From the NCBI GenBank assembly GCA_973895155.1, contig OZ316895.1, forward strand, positions 20,722,803-20,786,802: DNA of 64,000 bases, in the 5' to 3' direction. This DNA is from Marsupella aquatica. Its lineage: Eukaryota > Plantae > Marchantiophyta. Under the pieces are notes generated by a model. It saw only the letters and a program-made list of their open reading frames with translations. It did not search any database and was not told where the DNA came from. Shown here in pieces: positions 26,055-36,858 of the stretch (positions are counted from its first letter, which is position 1; the number at the start of each line of letters is the position of its first letter). The position numbers and the translations under genes were made by a program.

Positions 26055-29028
26055 AGAGGTAGTCTCCCCTTCAGGTGACTCTGCTGACCAGGGAATGATA
26101 ATAGTGGGAGTTCCAAACCAAATTGCGGGTCAAAGGAATGATTGATTGCTTTAAGCTCGACAAGATGGTGCTGAAGCAGTTGAGAGATGCGTTGAGTGGT
26201 TATCCGAAGAAGTGCTTAAATGTAAATATTAGTAATGATAATTTGTTGAAGAAAATCGACCCGATATTCTACAGGTTGGTGGAAGGAATACAGAAATCAA
26301 TTGATAGTCAAGGAAACCAACTAGTGCGGCCGGTCGGTGAGAGGCTGAAATTGCGATCCCTTCAGGATATACAAAATTTTGGGTTTGCAGACTGTATCAT
26401 ACGTGAAGACAAGAACCTTGCGAGCTTGATTTATTTTGATCCCTCATCAATGGGAGATTTGCGTCCACCAAATTGCTCATTCTTATTTCGTGCTACTAGC
26501 AAGATAGGGGCAAAACCACACCATGTGGTTATTATTGTAGCCTCTCCCGTTGAGTCTTACTTAATCAAACGGGAATTAGGGAAGTACACACACTACGTTG
26601 CTGTCAATAGCCATTATATTCAGAAGCGACCGAAGGAGAAGAAGCTTATTGTAACCTACGTTTTTCACAACTTGGCCTTCAGCACAATGGGCGATCCACA
26701 AGCCCTCGAGTTCCAATTGGTCTCCAAATATCGGATTGAGAAGATAGCCAATTTTGAAGAGAGCGGCGAGTTCACGACACCTTCCCCAGAAAAGATACTT
26801 CCATTCTTTGAAAGTATTGTTAGTCAATTCGTCCAATGTGGGGAATGGGCTATATGCTTTGGTGAGGGAACAAACTTGATCCAGTGCTTAATGGTAAGTT
26901 TTGAGATTTATATTTTGGGGTTTCGATTTTAAGATTATTTAGATTATTATATTCTCAATTAATATTGTGAACTAATTTCGGCTTTTTTTACAGGATGCTG
27001 GATCCAATGTAAAATATTACTGCCCTGTGGCAACGCATAGGGAGTTGTCTTGTTTCTTGCAACACACCACGGCGACAATTGATACAACGCTGTCATTGAT
27101 TGACCCAGTACGGGCTAGTATAGAAAAATGTATAGATAAATTAATGAAGTACCGTCCATCCGTAACTGCTCTCAGGGCTGATGTTTTGGATGTCCTCCGC
27201 GAACAACATATCCCTGATAATATTTGTAATCAATTATTGCAAGAGTATGCACTCTTTGAAGATTCCGATCGATTGTACATTTGACCAACGGAGTACCCTA
27301 GTGGGCCAATCCAAGGTAGGTTACTTTTGAAACCTCTTACTTTTTATTGCATCACGCAAACATGCGCGTGGACATTCATAACATTTCTTTTCACGCAAAT
27401 ATGCGCGTGAGTCATTCTTATCAAATGATCTGATTTTATTCAGATCAAGTCGACTGCGGCTTCAATGTTGAGGATGCAGGAAGCAATGGTGATGCGGATG
27501 GTGAGGGGGAAGGTGACGCGGAAGGTGACGCGGAAGGTAACGCGGATGGGGATGTCAATGACCAAGATCCAGAATGGATGACCGATACACAGAACGACGT
27601 CGGAGATTCTGACAATAGAGGAGATGAAGAGAGTGACGGAGAGGAGATGAAGGACGTTGAGGACGCTGATGAAGAGGACGAGGAGATAGAGGGTTCTGAG
27701 GACGTTGAGGACTCTGATGAAGAGGCCACACAAGAGCCTCGACATGAGGTGGACCGAGAGGAGGCGGCCCGGCAGGAGGAGGCCAGAGAGGAGGCGGCCC
27801 GGCAGGAGGAGGCCCGGCTGGAGGAGGCCCGGCTGGAGGCGGCCCGGCAAGAGAAGCTTCAAAAGAAGGAGGCAGCCCGGCAGGAGGTGGCCCGGCAAGA
27901 GGCGCTTCAAAAGAAGGAGGCTAAGAAGAAAAAGGCAGCAGCTAGAAAAGCAACTGCCGCGAAGAAGAAGGAGAAAGCCGAGGCTGAGAAAGCCGAGGCT
28001 GAGAAAGCGGAGGCTACGAGAGTCCTTTTAGTGATGGAGGCAAATAGGGCCAAGGCGGAGAGTGTGGCGGCTGAGAGGCTGCTGGCCAAGAGGATGGCGA
28101 ACAAGACCGCAAGACCGGAGAGGGTGGAGGCGGAGAAGTTGGAGGCAGAAAAGGTTGATTCCGCAAGACTGGAGAGAGAAGAAGCCGCAAGACTGGAGAG
28201 AGAAGAAGTCGCAAGACTGGAGGCAGCAAGGAAGGAGGCCGAGAGGGCCAAGGATCTTTTGCTTATTCCTGAGGCACAATGTCTACCGAAAATACAGTTG
28301 AATTTAAAGAAGCCTTCTTCACCCTCAGTTCGCCCGGAGTTTGAATTTAACGATCCACCCTTATGTACGGTCTTGTTGGATGATTGGAATAAATATTCAC
28401 CGGAGCAGCTTCGAGCCCAGGCAGTCCTTGCTTTGCAATATTGGAAGGGTCTTTTGATTACCAAGGAGAAGACTGCCACTGCATCTAGAATGGAGACAAT
28501 CATCAATAATGTCCGCTTTTCCGAGAATCGAGTGCAAGACCTGGGAATGTCTTTGGCACCAGACTCGGCTCAAGTCGTTAAGAGACTAACAACTGACTTG
28601 ACGCGATCGGGTTTGTGGTCTTGACCCTGATATATTGCAGAGGTCACTCGCGCAAAAATTGTGGCACCGGATATTTTGGAATCGGATTCCCAGATTGTGG
28701 AATATTTGAATCAAATGCCACAACCATTTGAAGGTCTTCCCGCCTCATCGCTCCAACCTTCGCAAACTGGTCCGGTGGAGCGATCACTGCGGTCTCGAGG
28801 AGGGCTGAAGGATGTTGTCGCGATTGAGGCACCCAAGAGATCAGCTGCGAAAAGGCCGGATCCACCCAATCCAAAGGTCATTCGCAAGCTATAAGCTTAA
28901 AGTTTCTATTATAGACGTCATTATTTTATTATTGATTTGTTATTGTTTCTGTTTTCTGAGGTAGAACCCTTAGGCTATAACCTCAGTACGTTATTTGAAG
29001 GCGTACTAAAATCTCTGTTTTTTGCAGT

Positions 29029-29720
29029 TTTTTGAAAATTTGGCTAGTCGAATAGATCAATGCCTTGATCCTTCTAAGGATATGGAAGAGCTATTGACCA
29101 AGTTCTTACAACACTCGATCAAGAGGAAACATATGATGTGTCTGAGACCGCGCGAGTTGCTCACTGATGATATAATTAACGCTTATTTAAGTTTTCTCGA
29201 ACTGATTCTCGATAGAGTTGGAAAGTCAGACCTTGTCAAATTCTTCCAAACACACCATTTTGAGCTTCTCTCCATGGATCCTACCATTTTCGACGAGGAG
29301 AGAGCAGCTTGGACAAAGGAGTTTCCGCTAAAAATCAATGAATACGACAAACTGGTCTTTCCAGTACAGAATGTTGTGAAAGAACATTGGTCATTGGTAG
29401 TTGTGTATCCGAAGGAGAAACAGTTAGAGTACCTAGATTCTCTAGTTCATAATCGACAAAATCCTGGGGTGCTAGATATTGTTGGGAAGTACTACGCCGA
29501 CGAAATTGGCTGGAGAACTGGTGTCAACTTGGATCTCTCAGGTTGGGAACGGATATATCGGAATGATATTCCTCACCAGAGTGACGGCCACGTACAGTTG
29601 TGGTGTGTTTATCTTGAGATACGCCAAGTGCTTGTGTCGAGGAAACAAAATTAATTTTTCTGCGGATCAAATTGAGAAATTCCGTAGGGAGATAGTCTTG
29701 TCGTTATTTGACATGGACTT
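29029..29720 (+). pseudogene. Ulp1/C48 SUMO-protease domain of the cargo gene
   Basis: LTDDIINAYL, EHWSLVVV (catalytic His), YLDSL (Asp), PHQSDG then CGVF (Gln/Cys) after a frameshift near 29590. Confidence 0.85.
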
Positions 29721-30084
29721 CCGCAAGCCGACGTCCGCAAGTAATCTAGTTATCGGGATCCGTGCTGCTATGATTGACATTTCCGGCGGAATTCCAGCAC
29801 TGAACGACCGTCTTGTACAGGTAATACACTTCATTTCAGTGTCTCTCTTTGTAGTCACGCGACCGTCCGCGTTATGAACTTATTTTCATTTCTTAATATT
29901 TTACAGAAGCCTATCCCGAAACCCCCTGATCGAGTATCGAAGGCACCAGTCCGGAAGTCCGGTGATCGTCCGGAGGCGGGAAACAAACAGACCGTTCTAG
30001 TACGTTCTCCAAACCCTGCGGCACAAAAATCACAGGTACAGATGGTGCCTAATCCATCAGCAAAGAGGTCACCGGTTCAAAAGA

Positions 30085-30812
30085 GACTTGTAATTTTTGA
30101 TCTGAATCGGGTACTTATCTGGTCAGAGAAGATCAGCCCTGGGATGCCCATTTGGTCAAGGGGTGTGAGACAGACGCACAAGGTCATCTATCCAAGGCCT
30201 GATTTAATGGAATTTCTTGAGAAGGTGGCAGATCTATACAACATTGCGATCTGGTCGTGCATGTTCAAACGGAATATTCTATCTTGTGTAAGGCTGATAC
30301 TTTGACCCAAAGTTTTGAAACGTATTAAATTTATATGGGGACAAGAATCAACTCGACTTATTGGGAAGAATAATAATGACATCCCCTTATTTGTCAAATG
30401 TCTCTCCGACATTGCCGCCGATATTAAAGATTACAACATCGAGAATATCATTCTTATCGATGACGCTACATATAAGACGAGCCTTAATGACTTCTATTCA
30501 TCGCTGTATCCCGATGCATATTTTGGGCTCGATGATGACCTGTTTTTTAGAAAGAAACTATATCCATATCTATGCGACATGTCAATTGACAAGTTGACAT
30601 TCCACGAGCTCCTTAGTGGATATGGGATTCCAACGTTCTCTCAAGAAAATCTTGAGAAAGATTATATTGATAAGACGAATCTTTGGAGGAGAAATGTGAT
30701 CATTCGTAATCAGGGGAATAAAGACCATTTAGAAAAGTTTGACAAATTTATGAAATACTTATCTGCCGAAAAAGACCATGCTATAGAAGCCCGGGATAAG
30801 TCCAATAAGTAA
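30085..30812 (+). pseudogene. FCP1/NIF-like HAD domain 1
   Basis: LVIFDLNRVL, RPDLMEFLE, IAIWS, FVKCLSDI, NIILIDD; in-frame TGA at 30303. Confidence 0.75.
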
Positions 30813-30943
30813 ACATTTATTATTTATTATCAATTATTATTTATAAATTGATTGAAATTGAACTTTATATTTTGGGAGTGACGCGCCCGGTCGCGTGGTT
30901 GTTTGCAATTGCATAATATGAGAATCGAATTGTTCATTTATAG

Positions 30944-31650
30944 GTGTCTAAGTGGAGCAGGTCGCGTCAACTTCTAGTTTTAGGACTGGAAACTTCCTGT
31001 GCTCTGTTTCAAAATATACTCCTCAGCTCAAGTCGACACCCGGAATTCGTATCGGATCTCTATGTGTCATTCCGAGGCCGCATCTTCATGATCTTATAAA
31101 ATTCTGTTATGATCATTTTGATGTGATGGTCTGGTCTATTCTCGACGATAAACTGGTTTATCAGATACTTTCAGAAGTGTTGTCGAGCACCGACTTGTCG
31201 CAGCTGATATATGTGTTCACGCGGGATCATTGCTGGAATCTTGGTTATGTGAAGAAAAATTATAAGACTGTTGTCTTCAAATCTATCGAGAGACTACGTG
31301 ATATGTTTCAAGATTATCGACCAGAGAATGTAATCCAGATTGATGCCTGTCCTTCCCATACATGCTAGACAGCTGTATGCGGATTATTGTTTGCTAAGTC
31401 GTTTCAAGGATCGTTGGATGATGTCTTTTTGAGGGATGACCTCATTCCATATTTACGAAAGCTATCAAATTCAGGGCTTTGTCTTGCGTTCGCTAACAAG
31501 TTTGATTATCCCATCTGGTCGATTAGAAATCTACATCGAGATTGGGATCTGAATGAGGATATGTGGGAGCATCTGTACGTGCAGAGACATGCGGATCAAG
31601 TTCTTATCAAGCACTTCAACAGACGTCACTTATCAATGGCCAGAGTGTAG
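30944..31650 (+). pseudogene. FCP1/NIF-like HAD domain 2
   Basis: PRPHLHDLIKFCYDHFDVMVWS, VFKSIERL, ENVIQID; in-frame TAG at 31366; probable N-terminal frameshift. Confidence 0.7.
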
Positions 31651-31736
31651 AGGATGTTTTCTCTGTAATATGTGATGCGACCATTCGCGTGACTACATCC
31701 ATACGGGCTCATGCATCTTCTTGTGTTTCTCTACAG

Positions 31737-32464
31737 GAGATTCATTGCAGCAAAGAAAATGGGCTCATAGTTTTAGACGTGGAGCATCTACTCTGTTACA
31801 CTGCACCGCACTCCCGACTGATGGCGGTCTCAACTGGAATTCGGATTGGGAATATATACATTTTTCCAAGGCCTCATCTTCACAAATTCTTGAGATTCTG
31901 TTTTGAGAATTTCGATGTAGGGATCTGGTCCTCTCTTGGGAAGAACCTTTTAGATCATATTTTAGCATCTATTTTTACTGCGATGGAAATGGCCTCATTT
32001 AAGTATATTTGGGATTAGTCTCATTGTTACTTTGCGATGGGGTGACATCAAATAAGCAGATATTTTTGAAGTGTTTTGAGAAGGTTGGAATTTATACGAA
32101 GGCGTATCTGCAGCAAAATATAATGCTTATCGAATCCGATGCATTTCATGCTTGTTTCGATCCTGTTGTTGGATCATTATTTCCGCCCAAGTATTTTGGG
32201 TCGGTCGACGACAGTTTCCTGATTAACTTGCTGATTCTATATCTTAGCAAGCTAGCAAACTCTTGTGAGCCACTTGTCATTGCCAATGGAAGAGATTATC
32301 CTGATTGGTAAGTTAAATCTATTTTTAGAGATTATGATTATAATCATACTCTATGGGAAGACCCTGTGATTCAGAGGCATGGAGATAGATATCTAGTAGA
32401 GCAATTTAACAGACGCCCAATTTTGGACGCTTCCAAAATAATAGTCAGCATGAGATCAGATTAA
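31737..32464 (+). pseudogene. FCP1/NIF-like HAD domain 3
   Basis: LIVLDVEHLL, PRPHLHKFLRFCFENFDVGIWSS, QNIMLIESD; frameshift near 32010 and stop at 32309. Can be spliced in frame to domain 2 by intron 31645-31736. Confidence 0.7.
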
Positions 32465-32676
32465 TTTGTATTGTTGTTCTAGAAACCATTTGTAAACTCC
32501 TTATATACTGGTTATCATATATAAAGGATCTCAAAGATTTATTTCTCTATTATTATTATTTGCGTGAACATGTCTCTTGGTCCCGTCAAGTTGGATTGGT
32601 TAAAATGTGACATTGCAGTCATTTTCAGGGTTTCACGCGCAGCCACGCGTCATGTCACCCCTTTTTTATTAAAATA

Positions 32677-32732
32677 ATAATATTTAGTGAATTTTGGAAT
32701 TTCCAAAGTTCGGTTTTCCTTAAATTGGGGTT
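32677..32732 (-). repeat. Right terminal inverted repeat of the giant transposon
   Basis: Ends TTCCTTAAATTGGGGTT, followed by the TSD TGAG. Confidence 0.85.
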
Positions 32733-33030
32733 TGAGGGGAAAACCCCACATCCTGAGCTTTGAGTTATCGGGAGTTCTCAGTAAACTAAATGCCCTTAGT
32801 GATTTTTTCTCTTTGCATTTTCCAGGGCTTTATTGGAGAAGAATCCACTCTCAAGATTTAGGTGAACTCGTTACAAACATTGTACTCTACTTTTACTCAA
32901 TTAATAAAAACATGTTATACTATACCCGTTACTTCATCGGGTTACTTCCTAACCCTAGTTAGGACCCATGTAACCCTGATCATTATCACACCTATATATA
33001 AAGCCACCCGAGGGAGAAGGGGTGACAGTT

Positions 33031-33668
33031 GGCCTCATTCACAATTGGAGGACCCAAAAGGAACGTCACACTCAAAAGTGACCATAGTTTATTATGCTTT
33101 AGGATATCATTTTTAGGGTGTAATGAGATGATATAGAAAATTTGATGTACTATACTTAATAAACATCCTATAGGTTGGTAACATTCATTAAACTATCTAG
33201 CATTTGAGACTTTGAAGCTTTCCTTATATGTCCTTCAAAGATTGATAAAAGGACTTGTCACGCAACGGGTCACATCATTTCAGGACTCAAAAGGACTCTA
33301 AAAAATGCATTTTAGATAATGAAATTTTACCAAAGCATGCATACTAATAGCATAATCTTATATTTCAAAACTTAAATAGTGACACACAGTAAACCTTTAT
33401 ATACAGGACAAAAATAATCAGTAATTTTGGCTTATTTAGGGCCATCAATAACAGGATCCCTTAAAACAGTTGAAACTTTGATGTATCTACACGGTGAGGT
33501 AGGTTACACCATGCAAAATAGTCTTGTGAAAAAATTAGACTTAAATGTCTTGAGATAAAATCATGATGAACCTTTTTCCATGTTACGAAAGTCATTTTTC
33601 ACTAAAAAAACATGTTTTTGAGTCTTGAAAGTGGTTCCTGCAAGGTACACCCAATTGTGAATGAGGCC
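33031..33668. mobile_element. 638-bp non-autonomous TIR element (MITE) inserted in the Copia 5' LTR
   Basis: Perfect 18-bp TIRs GGCCTCATTCACAATTGG / CCAATTGTGAATGAGGCC; AGTT duplicated at 33027-33030 and 33669-33672; the empty site is visible in the 3' LTR. Confidence 0.9.
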
Positions 33669-33789
33669 AGTTGGAGTTTTATCTTCAAACATGTTATCAG
33701 CATGAGACTCTCCGAGGCTGAGCAAGGAGGCTATGAAATTGTTTTTTGAAGGGCTTTCCATTCAACTACGCTTGACACGTCACTATACG

Positions 33790-36700
33790 ACTTATGGCAT
33801 ACCAGACTTGGACACCCTAGCATGACCATGTTTCACAAGATGAAAAGAGTAGTTAACCCACAAAATACCACCAAATGCACGCCCAACGAACCATAACCAA
33901 TCCTGCATGGCATGTTCTCAAGGAAAACTAATCCTTAGACCATCCGTCTCCAAGACAATCCATGAAATGCCCAGATTCTTGGAACGAGTACATGCAGACG
34001 TCTGTGGACCTATAGAACCACCAAGCGGACCATTTCGGTTTTTCCTAGTCATTATTGACGCATCCTCAAAATGGTCGCAAGTTTCATTGCTTTCCACACG
34101 AAACATGGTTTTCCCATGACTTTTAGCACACATTTTAAAACTAAAAGCCCAATTCCCTGAAAACCCTATAAAGACAATTAGGGTTGATAATGCAGGCGAA
34201 TTCACTTCGAAAACATTCGAAGACTTTTGCATGGAAACAGGGATAGACACCCAATACCCTGTACCCCATGTACATTCCCAAAATGGCATAGCTGAATCTA
34301 TCATTAAGAGAATACAGATGATAGCAAGACCCATGCTTATGCAGACGCAGTTACCAACAACCGCATGGGGTCATGTTGTATTACATGCAACAACTTTACT
34401 TAAATATCGCCCATCGGCGTATAACAACCAAACTCCATACCACCTAGCTTTTGGAGTAAATCCTGACTTATCACACGTCAGAACTTTTGGTTGCCAAGTA
34501 CTAGTCCCCATAATGGGACCCAAACGAACTAAAATGGGACCTCAAAGACAAAAAGGCATATATGTTGGTTTTGAGTCACCATCCATAATAAGGTACTTGG
34601 AATCATCAATTGTTGATGACTTTCAAGCAAGGTTCCCTGATTGCCATTTTTACGAGAATGTTTTCCCCAAACTATTTGAAGGGAAACCAAAATTTGAACG
34701 ACCTCGTAACTTAGAATTATGATGGCAAACTCAATCCACTAATTGGAACGATCCACGGATACGACAATGCGAAGAAGAAGTCCGCAGGATATTACAATTA
34801 ACCAAGATTGTGGAGCAAATGCCGGACGCATTTATAGATATTGCGCAGGTGACTAGATCACATATCCCTGCCGCAAACGCTCCAGCACGTGTACAAGAAT
34901 CCACACAACTAGCAACGGACCAACCACTGAGGGTAAAGCAGGGACGTCCGTTGGGATCTAAAGATACCCAACCAAGACAAAGAAAAACTATAACCACAAC
35001 AATATCACCTGCAATACCAGAAGTGATACCCACACCAAACCCTGTGGAAATCCCAGAAAATGAAGAAATCTCAATTCATTATATGAATACTGGGACCATT
35101 TGGAATAGAAATAATATTCCTATGGACGACAACTTTGCCTATCATATTTCCCAAAATATCACGGATACACAACATGACCCCAAAACAATCAAAGAGGCAC
35201 AGAAAAGCCCAGATTGGTCAGAATGGGAAAAGACAATTAACTCAGAATTGGATTCACTGATTAAAAGACAAGTGTTTGGACCCATCGTCCCAACACCACA
35301 AGACACCCACTTAACAGACTATAAGTGGACATTCGTCAAAAAGAGAAACGCACAAGGTCAAGTTGCAAGATATAAAGCACGCCTTGTCTCGAAAGGATAC
35401 ACACAAATACCTGGACAAGACTTTGACTTGACTACGCACCAGTGATGGATGCAATCACATATTGATACCTAGTTGGATTTTCCCTAGGTCATTGACTACA
35501 AATGCATCAAATGGATGTTGTAAAAGCATACTTATATGGATTAATGGATACTACCATATACATGAAAGCACCCCCCGAACTAATAAAGAGACAAACATAG
35601 CACATTCAGGGGGAGCGTAAAACACCATGGAGTGGACCTATTGTCCTCCATAAGAGTGGACCTATTGTCCCTCCAATACACAAATCCATACCTCTGGCCA
35701 AGGATGGATACGCTGTCCAAATAATGAGATCATTATACGGACTAAAGCAAAGCGGAAGAATGTGGTATCAGAGATTTTGAGACAAAATGTTAAATATGGG
35801 TTTTACCAACGAGGACAGTGCTCCTTGTTTATTCATTAAAAAACATGATGACGAATTTCTAATAATCGCCATCTATGTAGACGACATAAACCTATTCGGA
35901 CACTTAAACCTATTACAAAACACCATTAAGGTACTAAACCGCGTATTTGAGATGAAAGACTTAGGCCAAACTCACTACTGTTTGGGCCTACAGTTTGAAC
36001 ATCTATCTGATGGCATACTTTTACATCAAAGCACATATATACCACCAAAATCCTCAAACAATTCAACATGGACAAGGCACATCCCGTAACTTCTCCTATG
36101 GAAGTACAATCTCTAGACAGAGACAAGGATGCATTCAGAAAGAGAAATGAAAATGAACCATTACTTGGTCCCGAAAAACCATACTTATCAGCAATAGGAG
36201 CACTCATGTTCCTAGCCAACCAAACACGACCAGACATTTTCTTTGCAGTAAACCTACTAGCCAGACATAGTGCACAGCCTACTATACGCCACTAGAATGG
36301 CATAAAAAGAATAATGCGTTATCTTCAAGGAACTATTGATATGGGACTATACTTCCCTAATAACACTAATAATACATTAATAGGTTATGCGGACGCTGTA
36401 TATCTATTAGACCCAGACGACGCTAATCACAGACTGGCTACATATTTTTATATGGTGATACAACCATTTCCTGGAAAAGCACTAAACAAACACTAACATA
36501 CACTTCATCTAACCACACTGAGATCATTGCATTATATGAAGCCAACAGAGAGTGTATTTAGCTAAGAAGAGTAACCGACCATATTAATACAAACTGCGGC
36601 TTACCAGCACTAACCGAGCCTACTACACTATTCGAAGACAATCAAGCATGTGTTGAGCAGGTCTCGAAAGGATTCATCAAAGGAGACCGCATCAAGCATA

Positions 36701-36858
36701 TTGCACCAAAATTCTTCTTCACCCACGAACAACAAGGCGACACGATACAAGTGAAGACGATTGCGAGCAAAGACAACCATGCAGATTTATTCACAAAAGC
36801 CCTGACTCCAGCACTACATGCTACTCATTGTCAAGGCATAGGCTTACGTAGACTATAA
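33790..36858 (+). pseudogene. pol: Copia pol (GAG-pre-integrase, integrase, RT, RNase H), multiple stops and frameshifts
   Basis: LWHTRLGHPS, RVDNAGEF, QNGIAE, RYKARLV, IYVDDI, TRPDI, GYADA, FEDN motifs in integrase-RT-RH order. Confidence 0.9.

Larger units (their letters stand above)
21821..26115 (-). mobile_element. Truncated, internally deleted Ty3/Gypsy LTR retrotransposon (Athila/Tat-like) inserted in the cargo gene
   Basis: RT motifs (WVSPILIVPKK, QDFRKLN, LDGYSGYNQI, MPFGLCNAP, FIDDF) and an integrase C-terminal tail (GDLVLLYNSR..FPGKL..WMGP). PPT AAGAGGGGAGCTA precedes the LTR start TGTGAC at 24496 (minus). Left LTR boundary (21821 or 21879) and right junction are approximate. Confidence 0.85.
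20272..30812 (+). pseudogene. Large multi-exon cargo gene: ParB/Srx-like domain + acidic/coiled-coil region + Ulp1 protease + FCP1-like domain; interrupted by Gypsy
   Basis: In-frame GT-AG introns at 21511-21604, 26894-26993, 27316-27443 and 29821-29906 link the successive ORFs. Read-through stops at 20671, 27282 and 30303. Junctions around 28600-29030 are less certain. Confidence 0.6.
7599..32732. mobile_element. Giant (~25.1 kb) Sola1-like cut-and-paste DNA transposon with cargo genes; decayed copy
   Basis: Left end AACCCCAATTTAAGGAA (7599-7615) is the exact reverse complement of TTCCTTAAATTGGGGTT (32716-32732), with imperfect similarity continuing ~60 bp. TGAG is duplicated at 7595-7598 and 32733-32736. 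Internal DDD transposase of Sola1/DUF7869 type; Sola elements make 4-bp TSDs. Confidence 0.85.

Noticed and set aside
27440-28506. Minus-strand and alternative-frame ORFs over the acidic/coiled-coil exon
   Set aside because: Shadow ORFs of a low-complexity plus-strand coding region.
7599-32732. Polinton/Maverick, Helitron or endogenous virus identity for the giant element
   Set aside because: No pPolB, capsid, packaging ATPase, retroviral-type integrase or Rep-helicase was recognised; the 4-bp TSD and DDD transposase fit Sola better.
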